A DNA stretch of 64,000 nt from Minisyncoccota bacterium (GCA_965204115.1 OZ241963.1:306489-370488), one strand, 5' to 3'; shown: positions 39,436-50,029, numbered from the stretch's first letter. Notes: generated from the letters alone by a model not told the origin. Numbers and translations: made by a program.

Positions 39436-41514
39436 CTATGGTGTGGACGGCTTGCTTTCCCAGAATTCTACCCCGTGCAGACGCACTAAATCTAAGCCCG
39501 CCGCCGGTCCGGTTGTTGCCGGAAGGTGGTATCGTTCTACATAATCTTCGTCGCCGCATATGGTAGTTAGTTCGTTACCGCTGTACTGTTTCTTTGCAGA
39601 GGTTGTCGGCTCCAATAGATATATTTCATCAATATAACCATTGATGAGTGAGGTTCCGATTGCAGCCACGATTTCTTTGGTCGGGTGTTTTTCAGAAAGG
39701 TGTTTAAAGGTAACCTGCCTGCCATCCTCTATGACTGCGTCGCAAAGTATTCGCCGCTCGCTCGTTTCTCCGGTATTCTTGTGTACCGATATCGCCGTTG
39801 CAGTGTCGCCCTGTTGGACGCCGCTGAAGTACACCAACTGCCCTTCTTTGTTGATGGCAATAGGGAAATTTCTGAAATGCAGGTGGTCAGTGAGTGGTGA
39901 GGTGCCGGCTGTTGGGATGGTGGTTGGCGTGGTGTCAGTTATGCTGTCAATGACACAGAGGTCGGTACCGTCATCACATATTGAGGTGTACTTGTTCAGT
40001 CCGTTACCGTATGCGAAGATGCCGCCGCGGGCAACTGTGTCACTTCGTTTCAGCTTTGATGCTCCTTGACCGATTGACACTAAGTGTCTGCCGGTAGCAT
40101 CTTGATACCAGAGTGAGACCGTGTTATTGATAACCTGCAGCGCATCAAGAAATCTGAACAGTACCGGGCGGGTAATATCGCTCGGCGTTATGCTTATGCC
40201 ATTTTCCTTATCCGGATCAGGGTGCAGCTGTCGGCAACGATTACTTTGTGTATTGCTTGGCATATACCTAAATTCACTACATCCGCCAATAATATCAACT
40301 AAAGAGATGGAGGAACCCGCGCTGAATAGGCGAGCGGTTCTGGTTCCGGCTTTATCTCTATAGAACAGCAGTATCTGATCGTCGTCTGTCGCTATATTTC
40401 GTATTGTCTCCTTATTGGTACCGCCCGTTACGATACGATCAGCGCGAGCATCGTCAACCCTGTGCAGCGCACCGTTGTACGATCGTGTGTACAGATACCC
40501 GCCGGCAGGATGGATGGACACCACGCCTTGCGGATCATTTGCGCAAAAGCGGCAAGTTGAATATCCATCCTCACCTAACACTCGGACAACGGCATTTTGT
40601 ATATCAAGTGATTTTTTTTCTACCGGATTCCTGCTGCCAACCATGCCGGTTGCGGCCAGTGCGTCATCTATTACTGCTTCCGGAATGTGGAAGACCAGTC
40701 CGTTGTCTCCCAGTATGTACAGTCCGTCGCTGGTGAATTCAGCTGCGACTATTCCGGCACTTTCTTCACAAAAACTGTCTAAGAAAACGTTCCCCACTCT
40801 ATCCCGACACACGATGTCGGCTTCTTTTGGATTATTGGTTGGTGTCTCCCCATCCTTCTTGAGGTATTCTGCTCTTCCTGATTCATCTACTCTCGGGCCA
40901 TAGGCGAAATTGTATATGACGGCAGCGTTTTCATTTTCGGAAGTTGCGACAAAGGTGTTTAACACATTCTGGCTCGGGTCAAGTATGCGGCTGGTAATTT
41001 GTGTTTTGAATGAAACATTTTCCGTATTGTCGGCAACAGTGTACTCCGCATCAATCCGTGCCTGCACCCTAGGTTGCTTTGCCGCGTCATTTTCCAGTTC
41101 AAATGAAAGATTTGTTACTGAAACAGCGTTGTCGGTAAACGGCACCCATTTATCAGAGGTGCCGCACACCTTCGGATTCGGATCAAACAGTTTCGTTGCC
41201 CGTTTCACCTGCTTGTTCGCACTGTCGTACCATATTTTTACCTGCTTACCCAGCTGGTCTCTAAAGGTCAAACACTGACATACATTATTCACTGTTTGTC
41301 CGCACGCATAATCATGGCCGAAATAGGTTTCTCGTGACAATTCAGCAAACAAAAACCGAACAGTTTCTAACGCCACCCGCTCATCCTGTGCCCGTACCTG
41401 ATTCCCAATAAATACGGTAAAAAAACTCAGGAGGGCTGTTATTACAATACTCGCCAACCCGATAGCAACAATCAACTCAATAAGTGTAAAACCCTTTGTG
41501 GAAGAAGACCTCAT
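39436..41514 (-). CDS. Type IV prepilin-type (PilW/PulJ-like) protein with a large C-terminal beta-rich domain
   Basis: KG|FTLIEL cleavage/methylation motif followed by hydrophobic helix; about 500 extra residues with Cys pairs. Confidence 0.85.
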   Translation of the reverse strand: MRSSSTKGFTLIELIVAIGLASIVITALLSFFTVFIGNQVRAQDERVALETVRFLFAELSRETYFGHDYACGQTVNNVCQCLTFRDQLGKQVKIWYDSANKQVKRATKLFDPNPKVCGTSDKWVPFTDNAVSVTNLSFELENDAAKQPRVQARIDAEYTVADNTENVSFKTQITSRILDPSQNVLNTFVATSENENAAVIYNFAYGPRVDESGRAEYLKKDGETPTNNPKEADIVCRDRVGNVFLDSFCEESAGIVAAEFTSDGLYILGDNGLVFHIPEAVIDDALAATGMVGSRNPVEKKSLDIQNAVVRVLGEDGYSTCRFCANDPQGVVSIHPAGGYLYTRSYNGALHRVDDARADRIVTGGTNKETIRNIATDDDQILLFYRDKAGTRTARLFSAGSSISLVDIIGGCSEFRYMPSNTQSNRCRQLHPDPDKENGISITPSDITRPVLFRFLDALQVINNTVSLWYQDATGRHLVSIGQGASKLKRSDTVARGGIFAYGNGLNKYTSICDDGTDLCVIDSITDTTPTTIPTAGTSPLTDHLHFRNFPIAINKEGQLVYFSGVQQGDTATAISVHKNTGETSERRILCDAVIEDGRQVTFKHLSEKHPTKEIVAAIGTSLINGYIDEIYLLEPTTSAKKQYSGNELTTICGDEDYVERYHLPATTGPAAGLDLVRLHGVEFWESKPSTP

Positions 41515-41598
41515 GCTTTTATAGTATCATCCCGCTGTGCGTTCATATGGCAGTGTATAGGTGCTGCGCATAGCGCGTGTGATGAAGGCATTTCGCGC

Positions 41599-43146
41599 TT
41601 ATTCCATTGGAGGTGTGCGGTAGGTGACCGCTTCCAGTATGTGGTCGGGGAGTATGTCCGTGCTTTCCGCTAGGTCAGCGATTGTTCTTGCGCATTTGAC
41701 GGTGCGGTGGTAGCCGCGGGGTGAGAGTAAGAGCTTTGTTGCGGCTGCCTGGAGCGTGGATACCGACTCAGGCGGCATGGTGAGGTGACTTTCAATAATA
41801 CGCGCATTGGCTTCACTGTTCAGGTGTATGTCGGTGTCAGTATATCGATGTGTTTGTGCTTCTCGCGCTTTGCGTATTGCTGTTTTAATAGCATCAGTTT
41901 GCTTGGTGTCCTGCGGCACCTGTTTTTGCTCCAACTCGTCAAACCCGCTTGCCTCTACAGAGACCCACACATCAATGCGATCAGTGATTGGTCCGGTGAG
42001 TTTCCTGCGGTATGCTGCCTTTGCGGGTGGTGAGCAGGAGCATAGCTTGTCAGTGCCGGTGTTGCCGCATGGGCAGAGGTTGAAAGCGACCGCCAGAATG
42101 CACGATGCTGGGAATCTGACTGAGCCACTTGTCCTGGTGACGGTTATGGCGTGCTCTTCAAGCGGCTCCCGCAGTGACTCAATAACGCGCCGGTCAAATT
42201 CGGGAAATTCATCTAAAAACAGCACGCCGCGATGCGCGAGCGATATTTCTCCCGGACGCAGTGTTGCGCTCCCGCCGGTAATTGACGCGTATGAGGAGGT
42301 GTGATGTGGGTTACGGAATGGAGGCGTGCTAATCGGCGCGGTAGTGCCGATGTGCGCTATGGAGTGCAGAGCGGTCACCTCAACACACTCTTCCTTGGTG
42401 AGTGGCGGCAGGACACTGATGAGTGCTTTTGCCATAAGGGTTTTGCCGGTGCCGGGCGGTCCATAGAGAGCAATATTATGTCCGCCCGCACCCGCAACGG
42501 CGAGTGCCCGCTTCACGCTCTCCTGCCCTTTTATGTGTTCAAAGCCAACTGGGCTATCTGTAGAGCTGCTGGGGGTGTATGCCGGGAGTATCGGCGCTAT
42601 AGTTGCTTCAGATTGCAGGTGTGCAATGAGTGCCTGCAATGATTCACACGGGATGATCGTTACGCCGTCAATGAGCGCTGCCTCATTAGTGTTGCTGGCA
42701 GGAATGTATACCTCTCTAAATCCGTCTTTCTTCGCATGCTGTAGGATTGGTAAAATACCCTGTGCCGGCTGTATGCTGCCGTCCAGTGCAAGCTCGCCGA
42801 CAAAGAGTTTTTTCTCCGGATTAAAATTGACCTCTTTAAGAGCCAACAGATAGGTGAGCGCTATCGGCACATCGAATAAGGTGCCGGTTTTTTTGAGGTC
42901 GCCCGGTGCCAATGATATGACAATTTTGTGATTCTGCCGCTTCGGTGCTGTAAGTCCTGAATTTTTTATAGCTGCGGATACCCGCTCTCTTGCCTCGTCA
43001 ATCGCCTTGTCCGGCAGCCCAATGATGGAAAATGTGTGCAGACCGGGGGAGATGTCCGCCTCAACCCGTACGGTCTGTGCCAACAATGATTTTCGTTGGG
43101 CACTATAGGTGTATGCATGGAGGGTGCTGTGGGTGTTCGTCTTCAC
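41599..43146 (-). CDS. comM: YifB/ComM Mg-chelatase-like AAA+ ATPase
   Basis: IGLPDKAIDEARERV, GPPGTGKT, PFRNPHH, GEISLAHRGVLFLDE, CPCG, ARTIADL. Confidence 0.92.
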   Translation of the reverse strand: MKTNTHSTLHAYTYSAQRKSLLAQTVRVEADISPGLHTFSIIGLPDKAIDEARERVSAAIKNSGLTAPKRQNHKIVISLAPGDLKKTGTLFDVPIALTYLLALKEVNFNPEKKLFVGELALDGSIQPAQGILPILQHAKKDGFREVYIPASNTNEAALIDGVTIIPCESLQALIAHLQSEATIAPILPAYTPSSSTDSPVGFEHIKGQESVKRALAVAGAGGHNIALYGPPGTGKTLMAKALISVLPPLTKEECVEVTALHSIAHIGTTAPISTPPFRNPHHTSSYASITGGSATLRPGEISLAHRGVLFLDEFPEFDRRVIESLREPLEEHAITVTRTSGSVRFPASCILAVAFNLCPCGNTGTDKLCSCSPPAKAAYRRKLTGPITDRIDVWVSVEASGFDELEQKQVPQDTKQTDAIKTAIRKAREAQTHRYTDTDIHLNSEANARIIESHLTMPPESVSTLQAAATKLLLSPRGYHRTVKCARTIADLAESTDILPDHILEAVTYRTPPME

Positions 43147-43210
43147 ACACTTATATAGTACAAGGATATTTTAAAACTGATGGTGCGGTGTGCACCATTG
43201 CACTTCTTGC

Positions 43211-45040
43211 TCACAAGGTATTTGCAGCGCGAATTCGCGCGTTTATGGACGGAATGGCCGAGGCGTCTCCGACAACGAACACTAAAATAGATCGACCGAA
43301 GAAGTAGTAGAGGATTTCTTTCTGGCTTGATGGATGTCGTACTACACGAACATCCTGATTATCAATAACACGGGATTCTGTTGTGACATTATTAACATTG
43401 ACCTGACTGAACACACCCGGAAAGACTGTGGAAAAGGCATTGATTGCATTTTTCTCCCAGTTGCGCATCCAGACAAAAGCGTCACCATACCTCCTTACCG
43501 AAGCGATGAGTATGCCGCTTGCATTGCTCTGTGTTTCATATTTTCCGACAAAGTAGTAGCTGTCAAAAGCATTTTGCAGACCGGACGGGAAGCTCAGGCG
43601 GAATGAGCGGGAGAAGTCCCGAAAGCTAATTTGTGATTCCTTTTCATTGATTACCTCGTAAGGCACATACTTCGTTACTGCATCCTGCTCACCATCTTGT
43701 TCGATGATAGATTGCCAAGTGTCCGATGGTATTATTGCCTCTGCCGTGTTCACAAACACCTGTTTTTCACTGCTTAGGATATCGGGCACCGGCAGTACAT
43801 CAGTTATTGTGTTGTCAGTAGCCGACTCTTCGGCGGGAGTCAGCGCGAGAAATAGGATAAAAAAGATAAGTCCGGCAAGGAGGAAAAAAATAATAGCGAA
43901 CAGCAGTATGTTTTGCCGCTGCAGAGGTTTGTTCGATATTTGCCCGTCGGGTGTGACAGCATATGACCGCACATCTCGAGCCCGCAATCCCATCTCTTGT
44001 AATTTTTCCTTTTTCCTTTTAAAATTCTTCCACGCATCTTTGATGGTTTCTTTTTCAACTGACTCCTGCTGTTTTTGCTGCATTACCTCCCGCTCTTTTT
44101 GTGTAAAGACATTTTCCGGGAGATTCTTACCGCGCAGACGCGCGAAGATTCCTCCCTTTTCTTTTTTCTGTTCTTCCGGCTCTTGTGCGGGCTGTTCTAT
44201 TTTCTTGTTCAGTTCGGATTGCTTTGACGATTGTTCTTGTGGTACTTCTTTTTTTGCCGCTTGGTCATGCACTGACTGCATATATGCAGCCGCGCCTGAG
44301 AGTGTGCGTGTTATATTTTTCTGATCAACGGACTGCTCATCAGTAGTGATGTCATTATCCGAAGTGGTGATATTATTATCCAATTTTACGGACTGCTCAT
44401 CAGTAGTACTATTACTATTCGCTTCTGCTGCATCACTCTGCTGCTGCTTCTGCTTTTTCTGTGTGAAGTTTTTATACTTATCCCGCAGCACCGCCGACTC
44501 TTTCATAATATCTTTAGCGTTTTGACGATACTCTTCCTGTGCCATTCTCTTCTCCTCTGTCTCTTTCGCCAGTATGGTACGCAATTCAGCACCACCCTTT
44601 GTTTGCGCGATTTGCTTTGTGTCGTGGTGGTAGGTTCGCAGCACCGGTATTATGTATTTCCCTTTCTTCTCTTTGTTCGGCGCTGTTTCTGCCGAGGTCT
44701 TTTTTGCAGATGATTTTTTGTTACTCACCTTTTTTTCCGCACCTTTTTTTCCGGAAGTATTATTCCCGCCGTCCCGCACAAACTCTCCTGCTGTATCAAC
44801 ACCAAAAGCATCAAGGGACGCAAGGTCAACATCGCCCTGACCAACACTGCCCTCGTCGGAAGCTTTTTTTTCATTCTTAGGCGCTCTGCCTTTTTGTGCC
44901 AAAGGTACCGTACCCGCGTCGCCTCTCAAAGCACCTTCTGTACTCTCTTGCGCGGTATCTTCCCCCTTGCCCCGCAAAACGGGTGCATCATTCCCTGTCT
45001 CCTTTATGTCATCAGGTCTCTTTTTTTCATCTTGTGCCAT
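43211..45040 (-). CDS. Hypothetical membrane protein with long charged N-terminal region
   Basis: LRTYHHD motif, single TM helix, C-terminal MRNWE...IDNQDVRV; internal TTDEQSV repeat. Confidence 0.7.
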   Translation of the reverse strand: MAQDEKKRPDDIKETGNDAPVLRGKGEDTAQESTEGALRGDAGTVPLAQKGRAPKNEKKASDEGSVGQGDVDLASLDAFGVDTAGEFVRDGGNNTSGKKGAEKKVSNKKSSAKKTSAETAPNKEKKGKYIIPVLRTYHHDTKQIAQTKGGAELRTILAKETEEKRMAQEEYRQNAKDIMKESAVLRDKYKNFTQKKQKQQQSDAAEANSNSTTDEQSVKLDNNITTSDNDITTDEQSVDQKNITRTLSGAAAYMQSVHDQAAKKEVPQEQSSKQSELNKKIEQPAQEPEEQKKEKGGIFARLRGKNLPENVFTQKEREVMQQKQQESVEKETIKDAWKNFKRKKEKLQEMGLRARDVRSYAVTPDGQISNKPLQRQNILLFAIIFFLLAGLIFFILFLALTPAEESATDNTITDVLPVPDILSSEKQVFVNTAEAIIPSDTWQSIIEQDGEQDAVTKYVPYEVINEKESQISFRDFSRSFRLSFPSGLQNAFDSYYFVGKYETQSNASGILIASVRRYGDAFVWMRNWEKNAINAFSTVFPGVFSQVNVNNVTTESRVIDNQDVRVVRHPSSQKEILYYFFGRSILVFVVGDASAIPSINARIRAANTL

Positions 45041-45094
45041 ACACTATATGTATGATACCGTGCGTTTGCAGAATGTGCCGGTATAAGGATGTTA

Positions 45095-47314
45095 CTATCT
45101 CCTTTCTTTTTTTCCTCTGTTTCCAAAAAATCCTCTCCCTTTTCCTCTGTTTCTGCCTCTATCGCCGTCTCTGCGTTGCCGTCTGTCGCGAGAGTGTGCA
45201 TTCGCTGGCGGAGCATCTTTGATCTTGTCATCAAAAAATGCAGGGTCTCGGTCTTTAACGCTGAGAGCAATGCGTCCGTCGGGGCGGACTTCTTTAACGA
45301 CAACCGGCACTACATCACCGGGGGAGACAACGCTGTCAACCGTGTCTATGCGTTGCGGAGAAAATTCAGAGACATGGATCATGCCATCCTTGCTGGGAGA
45401 AAGTTCTGCGAATGCGCCGAAGTCGGTGATGTTTTTGATGACTGCGTTGTCAACAGTGTCACCGACTTCAAATGTGCGGGTCATGTCGTGTATTGTCTGT
45501 ATGGCGGAGGCAACTGCCTCTTTGCTGCCACTCACTGAGACCATGCCGTCATCCTCGATATCAATGCTTTCAACGCCGGTGTCAACGCGAAGCTGCTTGA
45601 TGGTTTTGCCGCCGGTGCCGATGATCATGCCGATGTACTCAGGGTCGATGGTGATGGTTTCTATGTGTGGCGCATAGGAGGACAGCGACGCTCGTGGTTC
45701 GGGCAACTCCTGGGTTATAGTTTCTAAAATGTGGAGCCGTGCCGCCTTCCCTTTTTCTAATGCCTCGGCAAGAATGGCAGGTGAGATTCCCTCAATCTTG
45801 ACATCCATCTGTATCGCGGTGATGCCATTTTTTGTGCCGGCGACTTTGAAGTCCATAGCACCGTGATGATCTTCCGGACCCTGTATGTCGGTGAGCAGGA
45901 CATACTTGTCGCCCTGCTGCATCAAGCCGATGGCGATGCCGGCAACCGGTGCAACAATCGGTACGCCGCCGTCCATGAGCGCGAGAGTGGATGCACAGAC
46001 CGATCCCATAGAGGTTGAGCCGTTGGATGCGAAACACTCAGATACCAGCCGCATTGTGTAGGGAAAGTCGTCCGGTGACGGCAGTACATTGCGCAACGCC
46101 TTTTCGGCAAGTGCGCCGTGTCCGATTTCCCGTCGTTTCGGACTGCCGATTCGTCCGACCTCGCCGGTTGAGTACGGTGGAAAGTTATAATGATGCATAA
46201 ACCGCTCATCGGTCTCAGGGTCTTCAATAGTGTTCAGGGAGAGGGCGTCGCCCGGGCTTCCGAGTGTTAGGGCGGTGAATACATGCGTGCCGCCGCGGTA
46301 GAAGATGCCGGTGCCGTGCAGGCGGGCAGACATACGACCTGCCTGCGCATAGAGCGGTCGCACCTCATCCATCCCCCGCCCGTCAGCGCGCCGATTGTTT
46401 TCAACCGCCTCACGATGCACCAAATCATCAACCATATCTTCAAAGTAGCCGTCAACGATCTTTTTATCGTCTGTAACCCCCTTTTCCTCAAGCAACTGCC
46501 GCCACTCTTCCTGTACCGCCCCCATACTTCCTCCAGAAGAAAACATTGCCTGTTCTATTTTTGGACGAATGACGGTGTCAAAGATGCCCTTCGCCTCATC
46601 GGATAGCGCGGCGGCAGCTATTTCCTTCTTCTCCCGCCCAATTTCAGAGATCACTTCCTGCTGAAACTTTTGGAGGTCGGCGAGGATACCCATTGCCTGT
46701 TCGCTGACCTGCGTAACCTGTTCTTCCGCGACCTCTTTCCCTTCCATCTCTATCATCGTGATTTTATCCGACTTACCGCAGAGCAGAATGTGGTCGGTAA
46801 GATCCTTTGCTTCCTCAAAATTAGTGAATGGTTGCCAGCCATCTGCACCTTGTGAAAATCGCACCGCGGATACCGGTCCGTCCCACGGGATGGACGAAGT
46901 GCCGAGTGCGAGTGATGCACCGATAACGCCGAGTACATCAGGGTTGTATGAACCGAGTGATAGTACCATCGTTACAACCTGCACCTCGTTGTGCAGCGCT
47001 TTCGGGAAGAGCGGCCGTATCGTTCGATCTATGATCCGCGCGTTCAATACCGCCTCTTGCGATGGCCGCCCTTCTCGCCGCACAAATCGGCTTCCCAATA
47101 TCGCGCCGACTGAATAAAATCGCTCCTCAAACTCAACAGAGAGCGGGAAGTAGTCCTGTGATGCTTCCTGCTCTGACATTGTTGCCGACACAAACACGAC
47201 CGTATCTCCCGCCTCAACGAACACAGATCCTCCCGCATTCTCGGCGAGGTCGGTGAATGTCGCCGTTATCGTCACATCGTTAATAGTGGTAGTAAATGAA
47301 TTTTTTTGTTGCAT
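45095..47314 (-). CDS. pnp: Polyribonucleotide nucleotidyltransferase
   Basis: RREGRPS, IDRTIRPLF, HYNFPPYSTGE, RREIGHG, SNGSTSMGSVC, KH and S1 domains. Confidence 0.97.
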   Translation of the reverse strand: MQQKNSFTTTINDVTITATFTDLAENAGGSVFVEAGDTVVFVSATMSEQEASQDYFPLSVEFEERFYSVGAILGSRFVRREGRPSQEAVLNARIIDRTIRPLFPKALHNEVQVVTMVLSLGSYNPDVLGVIGASLALGTSSIPWDGPVSAVRFSQGADGWQPFTNFEEAKDLTDHILLCGKSDKITMIEMEGKEVAEEQVTQVSEQAMGILADLQKFQQEVISEIGREKKEIAAAALSDEAKGIFDTVIRPKIEQAMFSSGGSMGAVQEEWRQLLEEKGVTDDKKIVDGYFEDMVDDLVHREAVENNRRADGRGMDEVRPLYAQAGRMSARLHGTGIFYRGGTHVFTALTLGSPGDALSLNTIEDPETDERFMHHYNFPPYSTGEVGRIGSPKRREIGHGALAEKALRNVLPSPDDFPYTMRLVSECFASNGSTSMGSVCASTLALMDGGVPIVAPVAGIAIGLMQQGDKYVLLTDIQGPEDHHGAMDFKVAGTKNGITAIQMDVKIEGISPAILAEALEKGKAARLHILETITQELPEPRASLSSYAPHIETITIDPEYIGMIIGTGGKTIKQLRVDTGVESIDIEDDGMVSVSGSKEAVASAIQTIHDMTRTFEVGDTVDNAVIKNITDFGAFAELSPSKDGMIHVSEFSPQRIDTVDSVVSPGDVVPVVVKEVRPDGRIALSVKDRDPAFFDDKIKDAPPANAHSRDRRQRRDGDRGRNRGKGRGFFGNRGKKERR

Positions 47315-47332
47315 ATGTGTAATAGTATACCG

Positions 47333-47839
47333 TTAACGAGTGCGGATGAGATATTTTTTGGAGGCGCATAAATCCACAAAGTCGTCAGCTGCTTCCTGTA
47401 ACTTTTGCGAGCAGGTTTTGCTGAATGCGACCACCTCAACCTGACAGCCGAATTTTTTCACATATTCCAATGCCGGCACAAAGTCTCCGTCGCCGGAAAC
47501 CAATGCGATAACATCCAGCTTCGGGGCTAAGCTGATCATATCAACCGCAAGTCCGACATCCCAATCCGCCTTTTTTGCATTATCTTTAAAAACCTGCAGC
47601 TCCTTGCTTTTGGTTTCTATTCCCATGTTCACCAATGCTTCCAGAAAGGCCGTTTCATCGCCGGACTCGGTGTGTATGACATATGCGATCGCGCGGATAA
47701 GGGTACGGTCAACGACGATGTTTTTGACGACCGCTTCAAAGTTCACGCGGGCATTGTATAGATTTTTCGCGCTGTGGTATAGATTTTGCACATCCAAAAA
47801 AATACCAACCCGCTGATTTTTGTGTTTAATGATTACCAT
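47333..47839 (-). CDS. NYN domain (LabA/DUF88) protein
   Basis: FLDVQNLY, KADWDVGLAVD, VSGDGDF. Confidence 0.9.
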   Translation of the reverse strand: MVIIKHKNQRVGIFLDVQNLYHSAKNLYNARVNFEAVVKNIVVDRTLIRAIAYVIHTESGDETAFLEALVNMGIETKSKELQVFKDNAKKADWDVGLAVDMISLAPKLDVIALVSGDGDFVPALEYVKKFGCQVEVVAFSKTCSQKLQEAADDFVDLCASKKYLIRTR

Positions 47840-47987
47840 AATAAATAAAAGTAATTAAATAATAAGTACAGAGAACGCAGTTGTTACAAAAGAATACAAA
47901 TAGTTTGAAAAATAAAAACAACTCGATGCTCTCATATCGGTGATAGTATAAAACTTTTTATGATTGCTGACTGATAAAACTTTCCGC

Positions 47988-48254
47988 TTACTTTCGTAAA
48001 CCGAGCTTCTCAACAACGGTCTCGTACAGCTCAGAATTCTTCTCTCTTAGATAAGAGAGATGCTTACGCCGCCGCTCTACAAGCCGAACAAGCCCACGAC
48101 GAGAATGTTTGTCCTTGTGGTTGTTTTTCAGATGCTCGTTCAACTGCTGTATACGGTTTGATACTATAGCGACCTGCACGGCTGATGATCCGGTGTCTGA
48201 TGCGTGCATCCGCCCTGCTTCAATTTGTTTCTGCTTTTCTTCTTTTGTAAGCAT
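47988..48254 (-). CDS. rpsO: 30S ribosomal protein S15
   Basis: DTGSSAVQVA, KDKHSRRGL, LGLRK. Confidence 0.96.
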   Translation of the reverse strand: MLTKEEKQKQIEAGRMHASDTGSSAVQVAIVSNRIQQLNEHLKNNHKDKHSRRGLVRLVERRRKHLSYLREKNSELYETVVEKLGLRK

Positions 48255-48300
48255 ATATATAGTATACACACTGAATGAGCGCCCTGCAATAGGGTAAAAG

Positions 48301-48325
48301 AAAAGCCGCGGCTGGAAGCCGCGGC
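48301..48325 (-). terminator. Intrinsic terminator
   Basis: GCCGCGGCT-3nt-AGCCGCGGC followed by a T run on the minus strand. Confidence 0.7.
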
Positions 48326-48335
48326 ATACCTATCG

Positions 48336-49007
48336 TTAGTATCGGGGTGTGTCCGAAAGATCGTCAATGGACATTTTGACCTCAAACCACACTTTAGAGT
48401 CCTGTGTGGTTGTATTAGCCAGTGCCCCCAGAGTGAACCTGTAGATATTGATCTCCTTGGAGATCTTCCCCACTAAGGTGGGGTTTTCACTTGCCCAAAG
48501 ATCAACATCTATAGTGCAAGATATTGCCTCCGTTGAGAGGCCCAGCCCCATTAGGAAGTGAGATCTATCAAGGTGGTTAAAGTTATAGCCACCGATAACG
48601 CTCCCTTCTACTGTTGGGATCAATATCCTTGAGAGCCGTAACTTTGTTGACAGATCTTCCAGCCCTGCGTCTTCCTCCCCTGCGATCTGGAGATAATTTT
48701 CCATCTCCACACCCACTTCAGGAAAGTTTCTTTGGAGTAGGTTGGAAATCAGGAGGCTTTGACTTGACCCCTCACCGTCGTAGTCAATGTTGCCCACTAG
48801 ATCAACCCCTCCAGAGAATAGGGTTAAGAACGCCTCTTCCCTCACCTGAAACCCAAAACTTGTCTGCATTGACTCATCCCGTTTTTTGGTCGGGAATTGC
48901 GGATGCACAGGACTTGAGCTCGCCCTAACCCCTACACCCACTTCAGCTGCCCATACTTGGGTTCCTAAAAGGCATAACCCCACTAGTGTCGCTATTATTC
49001 GTCTCAT
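48336..49007 (-). CDS. Secreted hypothetical protein with amphipathic beta-strand pattern
   Basis: Signal peptide (VWA|AE), purine-rich RBS, own promoter and terminator. Confidence 0.7.
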   Translation of the reverse strand: MRRIIATLVGLCLLGTQVWAAEVGVGVRASSSPVHPQFPTKKRDESMQTSFGFQVREEAFLTLFSGGVDLVGNIDYDGEGSSQSLLISNLLQRNFPEVGVEMENYLQIAGEEDAGLEDLSTKLRLSRILIPTVEGSVIGGYNFNHLDRSHFLMGLGLSTEAISCTIDVDLWASENPTLVGKISKEINIYRFTLGALANTTTQDSKVWFEVKMSIDDLSDTPRY

Positions 49008-49059
49008 CTCTCTTTCCCCCTTATGAGATCATGAGTCCATAAAAATATAACTTGTATGA

Positions 49060-49088
49060 ATAGTACCATACAGCGTGTTTTTGGTCAA
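49060..49088 (-). promoter_or_regulatory. Sigma70 promoter for 48336-49007
   Basis: TTGACC, 17-nt spacer, TACTAT, with TG extension. Confidence 0.65.
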
Positions 49089-49129
49089 ATTGACGGTCTT
49101 TTGGTGTAGTAGCGGTATATACTGATACT

Positions 49130-49999
49130 GTGAAGTTTAATCAGGCAAAGCACTTATTTTTAGAGCATATTGAGTTGGGGCTCGGGCGGTCATTGAAAAC
49201 TGTTGAAAATTATGACCGTTATTTAAATCAATTTGCCAACCTGACCGGCGTAAAAACGATCGGCCAGATAACCGAGCCGGTGGTGCACACCTTTCGTCTC
49301 AAGCTTAATCGAAAAGGCAGCCTCAAAAAAACAACCCAAAATTACTACCTCATTGCCTTGCGGATGTTTCTGAAATATCTGGAAACTACCGGCAAACAAT
49401 CTCTCTCGCCGAACACTGTGGTGCTGGCAAAAACCGGCAGTCGAGAGATAGATGTGATTACTACCGATGAGTTGAGGCGGCTGTTTGACGCTACGGACGG
49501 CGGGAAAATACAAGATTTCCGTGACCGTGCGATTATTGAGACCCTCTTCTCAACCGGATTGCGTGTCTCAGAGCTGATAATGCTTCCGCGGGACATTGAC
49601 CTGACAGCGAAAGAAGTAGCCGTCCGTGGCAAAGGCGAAAAAGTGCGTGTGGTCTTTTTTTCTGACCCGGCAATAGAAGCGATCCATATCTACCAAAAGA
49701 AACGAAAAGATATGTCCCCCGCTCTCTTTGCTGGGGAGCGGAGTAAAGGACATCTCACCGCCCGCACCATAGAGCGTATTATTGCAAACCGCGCTCGGCA
49801 GGCCGGCATCTCAAAAAAAGTAACGCCGCACATCCTCCGTCACATGTTTGCCACTACCCTTCTTTCAAACGGTGCGGACATTCGTGCTGTTCAGGAGATG
49901 CTCGGGCACAGTAATATTGCCACCACCCAGGTTTACACGCACATCACTAACAAGCAGCTGAAAGAGGTGCATAAACATTTTCTCCAGAAGCCAAAATAA
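49130..49999 (+). CDS. XerC/XerD-family tyrosine recombinase
   Basis: TGLRVSEL, GKGEKVR, TPHILRH.FAT, QEMLGH, TTQVYTH. Confidence 0.93.
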   Translation: MKFNQAKHLFLEHIELGLGRSLKTVENYDRYLNQFANLTGVKTIGQITEPVVHTFRLKLNRKGSLKKTTQNYYLIALRMFLKYLETTGKQSLSPNTVVLAKTGSREIDVITTDELRRLFDATDGGKIQDFRDRAIIETLFSTGLRVSELIMLPRDIDLTAKEVAVRGKGEKVRVVFFSDPAIEAIHIYQKKRKDMSPALFAGERSKGHLTARTIERIIANRARQAGISKKVTPHILRHMFATTLLSNGADIRAVQEMLGHSNIATTQVYTHITNKQLKEVHKHFLQKPK

Positions 50000-50001
50000 A
50001 A

Positions 50002-50029
50002 GGGCAAAAATCAAAAGTGATTTTTGCCC
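50002..50029. terminator. Hairpin/terminator between convergent genes
   Basis: GGGCAAAAATCA-AAAG-TGATTTTTGCCC. Confidence 0.7.

Noticed and set aside
44328-44407. 20-bp direct repeat 60 bp apart
   Set aside because: In-frame duplication (TTDEQSV) within a low-complexity coding region.
49030-49999. Xer gene as a prophage/island integrase, or a dif site beside it
   Set aside because: It looks like a housekeeping Xer; no phage genes, att repeats or convincing dif match nearby.
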